Shown here in pieces: positions 62,301 to 64,000 of a stretch of DNA of 64,000 nucleotides. Where the stretch lies: the NCBI GenBank assembly GCA_043228905.1, contig JBHGNT010000001.1, forward strand, positions 34,100,001-34,164,000. Reading direction: 5' to 3'. Every line of letters begins with the position of its first letter. Position 1 is the first letter of the stretch. Below the pieces are notes generated by a model. The model was given only the letters and a program-made list of their open reading frames with translations, was not told the DNA's origin and made no database searches. The position numbers were made by a program, and so were the translations under genes. Origin of the DNA: Azolla caroliniana (taxonomy: Eukaryota > Plantae > Polypodiophyta).

Positions 62301-63475
62301 CATGACACCGTCGTGCGTATGTAGTGGACTTAGGTTAGAACATACACCATGCTCAAGAGAAAATATAACGTTGATGCTCATTGGGGCTTGCATGGGTGAT
62401 GATGAATGCATAGGAGCATGTTATATATTAGATGGTTGGGAGGCTAAAACATAACATATATCACCCTCGACTATGTATGAGGTACAAAGGTAGCCACATT
62501 GGATCCCATTGTAACCATTTAAGGATTCAAACATTGTACCCAAGTTTATCATAAGTGTACATGAACTCACAAACTCAATAGTACTTAGGTTTGAAATCAA
62601 GAAAGATGTTACTCGTGTTGTGCATCTATACAATGGGTTGAATTAGTCACACATTTGATGGATATTTGAATTATGCTTGAGACTTTGATTCAAAACACTA
62701 ACTTCTAACAATAGTCGGAATTACACAAAATCCAATGTTTCTTTCTCTAAAATTGTCCTTAGAATCCTTCACATATACACAAGTTTGTTTTCTAGTGATG
62801 TGTTTGAAGCACAAGTGGTCATGTGCAATATATATTAATGCTATATTCACAATAGGATACTTAAATTCCCACCTCATACATTAGGAAAATCACTTGATAT
62901 CTTGCGAACGTAGATCATGCATGAGTGGCCCACAATCAGCATCCATTGGATGTGGTTGCCAATGGCCATACCCCATGTATGATATATATAGCTAAGGTTA
63001 AGGGCACTAATGTTCTAGGTAGGAATATTTGAAAGGAAAACAACGAGCACAATTGTGGAACTATGTGAACACACAATTGAGATGAAAATCTCCACAAGAA
63101 TGGAAGAGAGTGTGGTGTAGATAGTTGGACGTTTTTATTCAAGCTATCTGACCCTTTGCTCATAGGTGTATCAATACCCTTCTCAAAGAATTTGTACGTG
63201 ACACTCCCATGCCAATGTAGTTTCATTGCAAAAATACTGAGTCTCTTTGTCTCTAGCTACTAGAGTGTTTAGGTCTGCAAATTCGAAAATTATCGTTCTC
63301 TCTCTCGTGTTTAGGTGGTTGGGTTGGAAGCACATGCATGTATGTTATGGATGCACGAGACCCTCTCAAACTAGATATTGGGGATGAAACACACCGATCC
63401 ACATATAATCCTATCCGTTTGAGCATTAGGCAACAACCCTATCTACTAAACTTGGCATACAGGGCACAACACCAG

Positions 63476-63543
63476 GAAAAAGAAAAAAGAAAAAAGGAAA
63501 AAGAAAAAAGGAAAAGAAAAAAGAAAAAAGAAAAAAGAAAAAA
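63476..63543. repeat. (GAAAAA)n purine-rich tract
   Basis: Direct inspection; it explains the K/E/R-rich spurious ORF 63338-63661. Confidence 0.85.
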
Positions 63544-63775
63544 TCAACAAGGACCAAGAGTGACTGCCAGCTGCCGGTCATCATTTTTTTCTAGCATCCC
63601 AAGAAATCAGGGCCACTTGTTTTTGTTGTTTTTCCCGCCAAAAACAGGAGGCGACAGATAATGCGGAGCATTATTACCTTTTTACCTTATCCAGCTATTT
63701 TTGTTATAAAAAAAAAAACAAAAGAAACCTAAAAACACCTTTCCCGCCAAAACCTAAGCCCACATCAGCGTGGAG

Positions 63776-63924
63776 GCCACGTCGGCTGCGGTATCCCACG
63801 TGGCGTCCACGTCACCCGGCGTCCCTGCCCCATCTTGCCCCATAGAAAGGAACCCTGTCTCCACTCCTTCGCCAGAGCCTCCTCCCCTCTCTTGCCTGAC
63901 CGACCTTCCGAACCCTAACCCTAA
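63776..63924 (+). promoter_or_regulatory. Proximal promoter/leader with three ACGT-core elements and a telo-box
   Basis: GCCACGTC (~63776), G-box CACGTG(GC) at 63797-63802, CCACGTCA (~63807) and AACCCTAACCCTAA at 63911, in a GC-rich patch just before the ATG at 63951. Confidence 0.6.
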
Positions 63925-63950
63925 GTTCCGCGAGGGAGATTACCAGAGCC

Positions 63951-64000
63951 ATGACTATTCTTTCCGAGCTTCTTACCCAGATCCTCATCCCTGCCGCTGC
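63951..64000 (+). CDS. Start of a probable type I vacuolar H+-pyrophosphatase (AVP1/VHP1-like), truncated by the window end
   Basis: GCCATG context. MTILSELLTQILIPAA resembles the N-termini of plant V-PPases (MAIL.EL.T.ILIP..A). Only 16 codons are visible. Confidence 0.65.
   Translation, partial: MTILSELLTQILIPAA

Noticed and set aside
60000-63300. Short ORFs suggesting a decayed DNA transposon
   Set aside because: No assignable motif or termini by eye.

Overview
AT-rich, intron-containing land-plant genomic DNA. The PLS-PPR style and gene set suggest a fern with a fairly compact genome; this is inference only. There is one 100-N assembly gap. Eleven protein genes are supported: phytochelatin synthase (5' part, minus), a WNK kinase, a HAK5-like KUP/HAK/KT K+ transporter, an orphan disordered protein, a PLS-class PPR truncated in the E region, two tandem DUF538 genes, TIC62, a secreted PAR1-family protein with a Pro-rich tail, a Cys-type glutathione peroxidase, and the first codons of a probable vacuolar H+-pyrophosphatase. 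Mobile DNA comprises a 5'-truncated LINE with TSD, poly(A) and templated 5' filler, a complete tRNA-derived SINE with a 16-bp TSD, and a solo-LTR-like element in the GPX promoter. The most striking observation is in TIC62. Each C-terminal FNR-binding repeat is split by a phase-2 intron, and the whole 3-exon module is tandemly duplicated with the first terminal exon frameshifted. This creates a symmetric-exon cassette that could vary the number of FNR-binding sites by splicing. Exon boundaries were read by eye from GT-AG sites and reading frame.
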